A DNA stretch of 62,600 nt from Dehalococcoidales bacterium (GTDB taxonomy: Bacteria; Chloroflexota; Dehalococcoidia; Dehalococcoidales; RBG-16-60-22), in NCBI GenBank assembly GCA_034430495.1, contig DAOUEG010000115.1, forward strand, positions 1-62,600, written 5' to 3'. Made by a program: the position numbers and the translations under genes. The notes beneath the pieces were generated by a model that was not told where the DNA came from, ran no database searches, and saw only the letters and a program-made list of their open reading frames with translations. Within the stretch, counting starts at the first letter, position 1. Each line of letters opens with the position of its first letter. This document shows, piece by piece, positions 45,560-53,317 of the stretch.

Positions 45560-45829
45560 TCAGCGTTCGGCGGCGAGCTCGTCGTACACGTCCATGACGA
45601 GGGCCGGGCAGACCCTGGTGCGCCGGATGATGTCCGAGTAGAGGACGGTGCCGTCCTCGGTGAGGATGCGGCGGACCTCTTCCTTGACCTCCGTCCGGGG
45701 CACGCTCCGCAGGACGATGACGTTCTTCTTGGCGGTCTTCTGCTCGAGCTCGGCGAGGCGTTCTTTCACCTGGCGAAGCTCGTCCTCGGCGCCGAAGTAG
45801 TGGTTGACCATGCGGGACCGAAACGCCAT
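45560..45829 (-). CDS. Small hypothetical protein (coiled-coil plus possible winged-helix)
   Basis: 89 aa from ATG 45829. Has its own promoter TTGGCA-N17-TATACT. No recognisable family. Confidence 0.5.
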   Translation of the reverse strand: MAFRSRMVNHYFGAEDELRQVKERLAELEQKTAKKNVIVLRSVPRTEVKEEVRRILTEDGTVLYSDIIRRTRVCPALVMDVYDELAAER

Positions 45830-45862
45830 ACGGCCACCCCCCTTCACGAGAGTCCTAACCGC

Positions 45863-45891
45863 AGTATAGTCCTGCCGCTGCCGGTTGCCAA
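45863..45891 (-). promoter_or_regulatory. Sigma-70-type promoter of the 89-aa ORF
   Basis: Minus strand TTGGCA-N17-TATACT. Confidence 0.55.
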
Positions 45892-45908
45892 GTCCCACCT
45901 CAGGCGGG

Positions 45909-46145
45909 CTACTTGATGAATTTCTCCACGTAGGCGGCAAAATCAGCCACCGTGGCCAGCGCCGCCATGCGGTCCTTGTCTATGTCCACCTCGATATCGT
46001 AGACGGTTTCCAGGCTGACGATTATCTGCACCCAGTGGAGCGAGTCCGCCTTGATGTCCTTCAGCGGCGTCTCCGGCTTGAGGGAATCCTCCGGGACGCG
46101 GGCCACCCGGGCGATGCTTTTCCTCAGTTCGTCAATGACGGCCAT
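45909..46145 (-). CDS. Acyl-carrier-protein-like phosphopantetheine carrier
   Basis: 78 aa. IKADSLHWVQIIVSLETVYDIEVDID matches the ACP helix II motif with the DSL serine. Acidic. Confidence 0.8.
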   Translation of the reverse strand: MAVIDELRKSIARVARVPEDSLKPETPLKDIKADSLHWVQIIVSLETVYDIEVDIDKDRMAALATVADFAAYVEKFIK

Positions 46146-46161
46146 GGGCGGCCTCCTTTTC

Positions 46162-47223
46162 TTACCAGCTGTGGTCGAGCGCGTCTTTCGGACAGACGGT
46201 TCGGCAGGTCGTCCCGTTACCGGCGGCGCAGGCTTCTTGTCCGGGGCAGGCGAAGGAGAGTTTCTTCCGCAGCTCCTCCCGGACGATGGCCGTGGGACGG
46301 GCGCCGTTCTCGCTCAGCATGAAGATGCCGGCCGGGCAGGCCTCGACGCACTCGCCGCAGCCGTCGCACTTCTCGGTGTCAATGGTGATGAAGTACTCGC
46401 CGGTGCCGTCCGAGTAACCGTACTGGATTTTCTTGATGGTGGCGGCCCCGCCGTGAAAACGCTCCTCGGCGTAGAGGGCGGCGCCGAGCGCCCCGCAGAG
46501 CTGGGGGTCGTCGGCGAGCATGGGCTCCAGCCCGACTTTTTCTTTTAGCTTGGCCACCATGCCCCTGTTCTTGGAGATGCCGCCGGTGATGGCGAACTGG
46601 GGCTCGATGGCGATGCGCTTGAGCAAATTGAGCGAGCGGGTGGCGATGGCCTCGTGGAGGCCGGCGAGGATGTCCTCCTTGGGCACGCCCTTGCGGTAGT
46701 AGTTGAGCGCCTCCGTCTTGGCGAAGACGGCGCAGATGGTGTTGAAGGGGATGGGGTTCTGCGACCGCAGCGAGACGTCCCCGATGTCTTCCAGCTTCAG
46801 GCCGAGCACGTCCGCTATCATCTCCAGGAAGCGGCCGGTGCCGCCGGCGCACTTGTCGTTCATGACGAAGTTGGTGACGTTGCCGTTGCCGTCGCTGTTG
46901 ATGCCCTTGCAGTCCTGCCCGCCCATGTCGAGGATGGTGCGGACCCCGGGGAAGTACCAGTTGATGCCCCGGGCGTGGGCGCTTATCTCCGAGACGTTCT
47001 CCTGCGCGAAGGGCACGAGCACGCGCCCGTAGCCGGTGGCGACGGTGTAGGTGATGTCTTCACGGGCGATGCCGGTGCCGGCGAGGACGGTGTCGAGTAA
47101 TGTTTCCGAGGTGCGGACGCTCTCCGCCCCGGTGTCCATGATGGCGGACGCGGCGATTTCCCGGTCCTTCATGACGACCGCCTTGGCGGCGCGGGAGCCG
47201 ATGTCTATCCCGGCGAAAATCAC
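46162..47223 (-). CDS. BcrAD_BadFG-family ATPase (BCR/HAD electron-activating subunit) fused to a C-terminal ferredoxin-like domain
   Basis: 353 aa from GTG 47223 (GTGA overlap). AGIDIGSRAAK, DMGGQDCK and NDKCAGGTGRF. C-terminal CDGCGECVEACP plus CPGQEAC...CRTVCP. Confidence 0.8.
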   Translation of the reverse strand: MIFAGIDIGSRAAKAVVMKDREIAASAIMDTGAESVRTSETLLDTVLAGTGIAREDITYTVATGYGRVLVPFAQENVSEISAHARGINWYFPGVRTILDMGGQDCKGINSDGNGNVTNFVMNDKCAGGTGRFLEMIADVLGLKLEDIGDVSLRSQNPIPFNTICAVFAKTEALNYYRKGVPKEDILAGLHEAIATRSLNLLKRIAIEPQFAITGGISKNRGMVAKLKEKVGLEPMLADDPQLCGALGAALYAEERFHGGAATIKKIQYGYSDGTGEYFITIDTEKCDGCGECVEACPAGIFMLSENGARPTAIVREELRKKLSFACPGQEACAAGNGTTCRTVCPKDALDHSW

Positions 47224-48014
47224 GGCGCCATCCCCTTGTCGAGGCTCTCCTGCGCCAGCACCGCCGCCCCGTAAGCCACCGTCAGTTGCGGGCGCTCTCC
47301 CACCAGTACCGGGAAGCCGAGCTCCTTCTCCAGCGCCCTGACCAGTCCCTTGTTGAGGGCCACGCCGCCGGTGACGGCCACCTCGCGGCTCACGCCGACG
47401 CGTTTGGCCATGGACATGAGCCGGGAGACGACGGACTCGAAGATGCCGAGGGCTATCTCGTCCCGGGGCGTCGGCGGCACGCGGTGGATGTGGGAGATGA
47501 CCTCCGACTCCGCGAAGACAGCGCAGGTAGGGGTGATGTCCGCCCCCCTGGCCGCCCCGATGGAGACGGCCGCCATCTCTTCCAATGGCATTTCCAGGAG
47601 CTTGGCCATCTGGGTGAGGAAGAGGCCGGTACCGGCGGCGCACTTGTCGTGGTTGGCCCAGTCCGTTACCCGGCCGCGTTCGTTGATACGGACGACGGTG
47701 CTGCTCTCGGCGCCGATGTCAATGACGAGGCGGGCGGCCGGCAGATCCCGGGACACCCCGCGGGCGAGGCAGGTGGTGAGGGATTTTTGCCCGTGGCTGA
47801 AAGCGACCTCCTTGGCCTCGTTGCCCGTGGCGACGATGAAGGCGTCGCCTTCGAGGGAGAGGCCGGCGGTCCGGCACGCCTCGTCCAACGCGGCGCGGGC
47901 GGACTTTTCCGCTTCCTCGGCGGAGGGGACGACGGCCGCGGCGAGCACGGCGCCGCTCTCCGTGACGACGGCCTTGGTCGTCAGGTGGCCGATATCAATG
48001 CCGACGGCTTTCAT
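47220..48014 (-). CDS. BcrAD_BadFG-family ATPase (second, non-identical subunit)
   Basis: 264 aa. VGIDIGHLTTK, DIGAESS and HDKCAAGTGLF. Confidence 0.85.
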   Translation of the reverse strand: MKAVGIDIGHLTTKAVVTESGAVLAAAVVPSAEEAEKSARAALDEACRTAGLSLEGDAFIVATGNEAKEVAFSHGQKSLTTCLARGVSRDLPAARLVIDIGAESSTVVRINERGRVTDWANHDKCAAGTGLFLTQMAKLLEMPLEEMAAVSIGAARGADITPTCAVFAESEVISHIHRVPPTPRDEIALGIFESVVSRLMSMAKRVGVSREVAVTGGVALNKGLVRALEKELGFPVLVGERPQLTVAYGAAVLAQESLDKGMAP

Positions 48015-48024
48015 GGGCTCTTGC

Positions 48025-48056
48025 CGCTCGTCCTGAGCCTGTCGAAGGATGAGCGA
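48025..48056. repeat. REP-like palindromic unit, copy R4 (inside the operon)
   Basis: Stem cgctcgtcct/aggatgagcg (one G-T pair) around loop GAGCCTGTCGA. Confidence 0.75.
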
Positions 48057-48065
48057 TGGTTCTCC

Positions 48066-49328
48066 TTACCTGTCTTCGAGGAGCTCGAAGAAGCCCTCCA
48101 GTTTTTCCCGCAGCTCCGCCTGGCTGGTGACGGTGGGGTCTACCACGTCGCAGTCGAGCGTGAGGACGGGCACGTCCAGGTCGTTCAGGGTGTCCTTGAA
48201 CAGCTTGATGGTGGCGCAGGAGTGGCGGCAGCCGACGTCCGCGTAGTAGATGGCGCCGTCAATCTTGTAGGCGTCCACCGCAGTGGAGATGCTGCCGAGG
48301 GCGCGGTCGTCCATCGGGCCGTACATGCGGGCCTCGGGTATCATGTAGGACTTCTCCGCCACGCTTTCAAGAGGTTTCGACGGGTCGAGCCTCCCCTCCC
48401 CCCAGTAGGTGAAGAAGGGCTCGATGACGGACACCGCGCCGAACTCGATGGACATCTTCTCCAGGAAGGCCATCGAGTACATCGGCGGGATGAAGAGGCT
48501 CATCAAGCGGAACCGCTCCCGGGGCACGGCGCCCTCGCCGGCGGCGATTTTCGCTTCCAGCTCGCCGATGAGCGTCTCCAGGTAGGCGATGCCCTCCGGC
48601 TGGCCGGGGAAGAGGTAGTCAATGGTGACGAGCTCGAGGAAGCCCATCGGGCTGAACGGCGTGGGAACGTTCTTGCGGAGCTCGTTGACGCGGCGGGTGA
48701 GCTCTATCTGGCGGTCCATGCGGGCCACCGTCTCGGCGAGGACGTCCATGTCGAGCTTCTTGCCGGAGTGCTCTTCCAGGAAGGCGATCATGCCGCGGTA
48801 CTCGTTGACGAGGTAGGCTTTCTCCTCCGGGCTCGCCTGGAAGGGGCGGTCAATGAAGTAGCCGGGGCAGTGGCAGAGCTCCATGATGAGTTCGCCGCTC
48901 TTGGCGGTGTTATCGCAGACCATGTTGGACCACAGCATGACGTCCGGGCAGGGGACGGCCCCGGTGGCGAAGGCGCCGGCCAGGCCGCGGTGCGGGGTGC
49001 AGATCTCCTGCGCGAGGCCGAGGGCGGAGCCGGCGGCCAGGATATCGCCGCACTCCCCGGTGAAGAGGGAGGTCATCCAGGTGGTGGTCTCGGTGTGCAT
49101 GGGGACGAGGCCCATCGCGTGGATGAGCTCGGAGGGGAAGAAGACGGTGTGCGCCGCCACGAAATCGCCGTGCTGCCTGGCGTTCTGGAGGCGCTCGAAG
49201 TACCCCAGGAGCATGTCGTAGTACATGACCTGGGAGCGGCGGGCGGCGGGGTCCGCTTCCGTCATCCGCTTGATGAGACGGCAGGCCCGGATAATGGCCT
49301 GTATCTTGCTCCCGGAGGTCGTCGTCAT
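48066..49328 (-). CDS. 2-hydroxyacyl-CoA dehydratase / benzoyl-CoA reductase catalytic subunit family (HGD-D)
   Basis: 420 aa. FFPSELIHAMGLVP, conserved Cys (EICTPHR, VGCRHSC), and the C-terminal LLEDR-type end typical of the family. Confidence 0.8.
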   Translation of the reverse strand: MTTTSGSKIQAIIRACRLIKRMTEADPAARRSQVMYYDMLLGYFERLQNARQHGDFVAAHTVFFPSELIHAMGLVPMHTETTTWMTSLFTGECGDILAAGSALGLAQEICTPHRGLAGAFATGAVPCPDVMLWSNMVCDNTAKSGELIMELCHCPGYFIDRPFQASPEEKAYLVNEYRGMIAFLEEHSGKKLDMDVLAETVARMDRQIELTRRVNELRKNVPTPFSPMGFLELVTIDYLFPGQPEGIAYLETLIGELEAKIAAGEGAVPRERFRLMSLFIPPMYSMAFLEKMSIEFGAVSVIEPFFTYWGEGRLDPSKPLESVAEKSYMIPEARMYGPMDDRALGSISTAVDAYKIDGAIYYADVGCRHSCATIKLFKDTLNDLDVPVLTLDCDVVDPTVTSQAELREKLEGFFELLEDR

Positions 49329-50494
49329 TTCTTGCGGCCCTCGATCATCTCGATAAAAGCCTGGACGCGGGTGGCGATCTGGCCGGAGCCCGACGTGCCG
49401 TACTCCAGGTCCAGCCCGAGCACCGGCACGCCGATGGCCGCCAGCCGCTTGGTCAATAGCGGTACATCATGCGCGTAGGGGACGCAGTAGCGGATAATCT
49501 GGCTGACGACGCCGTCCACCCTGAATTTTTCCACGTACTCGATGATACGGTTGAACCGCTCGTCCGAGGGGTACATGCGGGCGCAGGGGAAGTTGTTGAG
49601 GTAGCGGTGGGCGAGGGCCTCCTGAAGGCTGTCGAATTTCTCCGGGTAGACGAGGTCGCCCCAGTAGCGGGTGCTCGTGCAGAGCTCGTCGGTGACGACG
49701 AGGCCGCCCTCGTTCTCGATGGAAGCGATGAACTCCGGGTTGGTGAGCACGGAGCCGACCACCATGAGGCGGGCGCGGTAGGTGTGCGCGACCTTCGAGG
49801 CTTCTATCTCTTCGAGCAGCTCCTTGAGCCACTCGTTGAAGAGCTCCTTGGGCATGCGGTAGCTGGCGTTGGAGACCTCCATGACCTCGGCGCCGGTGAC
49901 GGGCGGGTGGTCCCGCGTGCGGTACTCGTAGAGGGCGTGGAGGAGGCGGCGGGACTCGTTGTAGAGCTCGATGGAGGCGCGCAGGGCGTCGTCCGGGATC
50001 TCCGTTTCGAGGAACTCCTCGAGGTGCTGCTGGAAGCGGACGACCTCGCGGTGGTAGAGGAGCACGGCCTCCTCGGAGTATTTCCGCGGCACGCTCAGCA
50101 CGTGGTGGAACGGGGTGCCGATGTAGGTGCGCCAGACGTCGAAGAGGCGGCGGGCGCCGTCGCAGGTGGAAGCCCCCACCACGCCATCGAGGAAATCGTA
50201 CTCCCCGGCGAGCCCCATCTGGAGGCAGGAGCGGGAGAAGGAGCAGTTGTTGACGTAGAGGTAGGCGTTGCCGTCGTCGAGGTCCGTCTCACGGTCGTAG
50301 CCGGTGATGCGGACGGACAAAAGGCCGGCGGCGTGGAGGATTTCCTCCGGCACGTAGGTGCAGAGAAACCCGAAGACCCTGCCCCCCCGCTGTTTCCGCT
50401 CCCGTATCTGGGCGGTGTCGGGGAAGGTCCGGTTGACCTCGCGGAATTTCTCGAGCGTTTGCAGCCCGCTGGATTTTGCTGTTCCTGTTGCCAT
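49325..50494 (-). CDS. 2-hydroxyacyl-CoA dehydratase / benzoyl-CoA reductase catalytic subunit family (HGD-D), second subunit
   Basis: About 389 aa. FLCTYVPEEILHAAGLL, NNCSFSRSC and STCDGARR. ATG 50494 is preferred over TTG 50524, which would abut the predicted -10. Confidence 0.8.
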   Translation of the reverse strand: MATGTAKSSGLQTLEKFREVNRTFPDTAQIRERKQRGGRVFGFLCTYVPEEILHAAGLLSVRITGYDRETDLDDGNAYLYVNNCSFSRSCLQMGLAGEYDFLDGVVGASTCDGARRLFDVWRTYIGTPFHHVLSVPRKYSEEAVLLYHREVVRFQQHLEEFLETEIPDDALRASIELYNESRRLLHALYEYRTRDHPPVTGAEVMEVSNASYRMPKELFNEWLKELLEEIEASKVAHTYRARLMVVGSVLTNPEFIASIENEGGLVVTDELCTSTRYWGDLVYPEKFDSLQEALAHRYLNNFPCARMYPSDERFNRIIEYVEKFRVDGVVSQIIRYCVPYAHDVPLLTKRLAAIGVPVLGLDLEYGTSGSGQIATRVQAFIEMIEGRKK

Positions 50495-50526
50495 AGCGAG
50501 ATGTGAGAGCCCGTGCCTTGTCAATC

Positions 50527-50556
50527 AGTATACCGGGGGCGAGCCTGACGGCGCAA
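50527..50556 (-). promoter_or_regulatory. Candidate promoter of the BCR/HAD-like operon
   Basis: Minus strand TTGCGC-N18-TATACT. Confidence 0.45.
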
Positions 50557-50581
50557 CCCGGGTTTAATCGCGTTTCTATTT

Positions 50582-50629
50582 GTCATTGCGAGGAGCCCGG
50601 CTGAGGCGGGCGACGTGGCAATCCCTCGG
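50582..50629. repeat. REP-like palindromic unit, copy R5
   Basis: gtcattgcgaggagc-ccggctgaggcggg-cgacgtggcaatccctcgg. attgc/gcaat pairing and a nested cccg/cggg hairpin. Confidence 0.7.
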
Positions 50630-50634
50630 CCCGC

Positions 50635-51453
50635 TCAGGAAATAAGGTAGCCGCCGTCCACCACGACCATCTCGCCGGTGATATAGGAAGCCATTTCCGA
50701 GGCCAGGAAGAGGGCCGCCCGGGCGATATCGTCCGCCTCCCCCAGCCGGCCGAGGGCCATGCGGGCCATGAAATTCTTGAGTTCCTTTTTCTGCGCCCGG
50801 AGGTCGTCCGGGGAACCCTCGCCGGGCGCGACGCTGGTGGCGAGGGCGCGGGTGAGGATGGCGCCGGGGGCGATGGCGTTGACGCGGATATCGTGCGGGC
50901 CGAGCTCCCGGGCCAGGCTCTTCGTCAGCATGAGCACGCCGCCCTTGGAGGCATCGTAGGCGGTCATGCCCGCCGCCGAGGGGTGGAGGGCCTCGATGGA
51001 GGCCAGGTTGATGATGGCCCCGGGGCGGTGGTGCTCCCGCATCCACGCCGCGGCGTACCTGGAGCAGAGCCAGGTGCCGGTGAGGTTGACGGACGTTACC
51101 TTCTCGAAGTCCGCGGCGGACATCTCTTCGAGGAACATCCTCGGGTAGATGCCGGCGTTGTTGACGAGGACGTCAATGGAGCCGGGCTTCTCCGCCGCCG
51201 CGGCCACCATCGCCCTGACGCTCGCCTCGTCGGCGACGTCGCACTGCGCGGCGAAGGCCTGGTAGCCCTGTCTGGCGAGGTCGGCAGCGGAGGCAGCGGC
51301 GGCGGTCTCGTCAATATCGGCCAATACCACGGCGGCCCCGGCCTCGGCGAGGCGCGCGGCGATGGCCAGGCCGAGACCGGCTGCCCCGCCGGTGACGATG
51401 GCCCCCTTGCCCTTCAGGCTCAGCAGATCCGTAATGGGAACGAAGTCCGGCAT
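50635..51453 (-). CDS. Short-chain dehydrogenase/reductase (SDR)
   Basis: 272 aa from ATG 51453 (SD GAGGTGG). TGGAAGLG, NNAG and YDASKGG. Confidence 0.88.
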   Translation of the reverse strand: MPDFVPITDLLSLKGKGAIVTGGAAGLGLAIAARLAEAGAAVVLADIDETAAAASAADLARQGYQAFAAQCDVADEASVRAMVAAAAEKPGSIDVLVNNAGIYPRMFLEEMSAADFEKVTSVNLTGTWLCSRYAAAWMREHHRPGAIINLASIEALHPSAAGMTAYDASKGGVLMLTKSLARELGPHDIRVNAIAPGAILTRALATSVAPGEGSPDDLRAQKKELKNFMARMALGRLGEADDIARAALFLASEMASYITGEMVVVDGGYLIS

Positions 51454-51567
51454 AACCACCTCGCGTTCCTGAGTATCATACGGGGAACGGGGAGGGGGCG
51501 TCAACACTTTACCGCCCGTCCGGGGGGGAGTACACTATGGTGGCAATTCTCAGCGGGGAGGCAAAGC

Positions 51568-52008
51568 ATGAACCGGCAGGAATACCTCGACTACATCGGC
51601 CATTTCAACCACAGGCGCTACGACCAGCTCAAGGGTTACTTCACCGACGACGTCACCGTGGAGTACTTCGACGACGCCTACGGGCCCTACGCCCCGGCCC
51701 GGACGCTCCACGGCCCGGAGGAGTTCGCGCAAAACTATAGGGCGCTCCACGCCCACACGCGGGAGATATTGGAGCTCGGCGCCTTCTGGAGCGAGGGGAG
51801 CCAGCTCTTCGCGGAGCTCTACACGGAGTTCCACACCTTCAAGGACCCGCCGCCGGAATCCGGCCGGACGTGGCAGAAGGGCAACGTCACCATCATGACC
51901 AACTGGGTGCTCTACGATTTCGACGACAAAGGCAAGATGAAGCGCATCCGCATCGCCCATTTCCGGAACTCGGACCCGAAGACGGCTCGCTACTCCGCGG
52001 ACTCGTAA
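51568..52008 (+). CDS. NTF2/SnoaL-like fold protein
   Basis: 146 aa. Size and pattern (REEYLDYI..., late W/Y-rich beta sheet) are typical of SnoaL-like proteins. Weak call. Confidence 0.5.
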   Translation: MNRQEYLDYIGHFNHRRYDQLKGYFTDDVTVEYFDDAYGPYAPARTLHGPEEFAQNYRALHAHTREILELGAFWSEGSQLFAELYTEFHTFKDPPPESGRTWQKGNVTIMTNWVLYDFDDKGKMKRIRIAHFRNSDPKTARYSADS

Positions 52009-52077
52009 CACGCGTGTTGCGGGCGGGGTACCGTTCGTGTAAGATAGGGGCGACCGCGTCCCGGACAGGAGACTACC

Positions 52078-53229
52078 ATGCTTGTTGTCTGGCTCATCAT
52101 CAGCGCCATCGTGAGCACCTCCATCGCCATCGGCGTGCTGGCGGCGAAACGGGTGGGGCTCAGCGGCTGGGACATCGCCCTGACCTACCTCGGCGCGGTC
52201 GGTTTCCCGGCCGTCGTCTACCTGCTCGTAGATACCTTTTTCGTCAAGGAAAAGCCATCCAAGGAAGGGAGCACGAACGTCATGGCCAGAGAAAAGGAAT
52301 TTTCCAATCTCGTCAAGAGCATGATTATCAAGGACCCGCCGGCGGGCCTCTACCCGGAAAAACGCATCTGGATGGAGGCGAAGGACCTCGAGGGGTTCAA
52401 CGCCCACTTCTCCTTCGGGTTCGTCAGCCGGCCCACCACCTTCCACCCGCTGGAAGGCGCCCTCGTCCACCCCTACGACGAGCTGCTCGTCTTCGAGGGG
52501 ACGGACACCTCGAGCATCCTCAAGCTCGGCGCGGAGGTCTCCATCGAGCTCGGTGAGGAGCGCGAGGAGTACGTGTTCAACGAGCCGACCGTCGTCCTCG
52601 TCCCGAAGGGCGTCCCCCACGGCCCGGCCAAGGTGCGGAGCCTGGAGCGGCCCATCGCCCACTACAGCATCGGCCTGGCGCCGGAGTACCGGGCGGAGGC
52701 CGTCAAGGCCGCCGACCTCAAGCCCGCCGTGGCGGGCGACAGGTACGCCAGGTACGTCAAGAAGATGGTTACCACCGTGGACGAGAGCCAGGCGAACGGC
52801 CGGATGCCCTCCGTCATCGGGCGGGACGGCATCATGCGGCCGGCGGAGTTCGGCGTGGGGCCGGGCAACGGCGACCAGATTGTCTGGCTCTACGGGGACG
52901 ACCTCGAAGGCTTCAACGTCAACTTCACCTGGGGCTTCTACTCCCGGTGCGGCAAGTGGCACCGCGGCGGCGAGGCCCACACCCACCCGGAGGCGGAAAT
53001 CCTCTGCTTCGTGGGGCTCGATACCGACCACCTGGACTACCTCGGCGCGGAGCTGGAGCTGGGTTTGGGGCCGGACTACGAGCGGCACGTTTTCAACACG
53101 CCGACCGTCGCCATCTGCCCGGCCGGGTTCCCGCACCTGCCGCTCATCACCCGATGGGTGGACAAGCCGTACGGGTTCTTCGTCATCTGCCTCAGCGGCG
53201 AGCACGCCTCGCCGTGGGTGGAAGCGTAG
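52078..53229 (+). CDS. Membrane-anchored bicupin-like protein, paralog 2
   Basis: 383 aa. Two N-terminal TM helices, then two cupin-like repeats (HPYDELLVFEG...VPKGVPHGP and HTHPEAEILCFVG...CPAGFPHLP). Confidence 0.6.
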   Translation: MLVVWLIISAIVSTSIAIGVLAAKRVGLSGWDIALTYLGAVGFPAVVYLLVDTFFVKEKPSKEGSTNVMAREKEFSNLVKSMIIKDPPAGLYPEKRIWMEAKDLEGFNAHFSFGFVSRPTTFHPLEGALVHPYDELLVFEGTDTSSILKLGAEVSIELGEEREEYVFNEPTVVLVPKGVPHGPAKVRSLERPIAHYSIGLAPEYRAEAVKAADLKPAVAGDRYARYVKKMVTTVDESQANGRMPSVIGRDGIMRPAEFGVGPGNGDQIVWLYGDDLEGFNVNFTWGFYSRCGKWHRGGEAHTHPEAEILCFVGLDTDHLDYLGAELELGLGPDYERHVFNTPTVAICPAGFPHLPLITRWVDKPYGFFVICLSGEHASPWVEA

Positions 53230-53238
53230 GATTCGCGG

Positions 53239-53271
53239 CCGCTCACGGTGAGCCTGTCGAACCGTGAGCGG
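53239..53271. repeat. REP-like palindromic unit, copy R6
   Basis: Perfect 10-bp stem ccgctcacgg/ccgtgagcgg around loop TGAGCCTGTCGAA. Confidence 0.8.
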
Positions 53272-53289
53272 GAGAAACCAAACGACGTG

Positions 53290-53316
53290 ACGGGGGCCCG
53301 GCGCGGCCCCCGTTTT
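53290..53316 (+). terminator. Terminator-like hairpin abutting the next start codon
   Basis: acgggggcc-cggcgc-ggcccccgt (9 bp) followed by TTT(T)c, then ATG at 53318. Confidence 0.5.
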
Positions 53317-53317
53317 C

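Noticed and set aside
52007-52018. Perfect 12-bp palindrome AACACGCGTGTT overlapping the stop codon of the SnoaL-like gene, upstream of bicupin 2
   Set aside because: A single copy with no second site or adjacent regulator gene. It could be an operator, but there is not enough evidence to call it.
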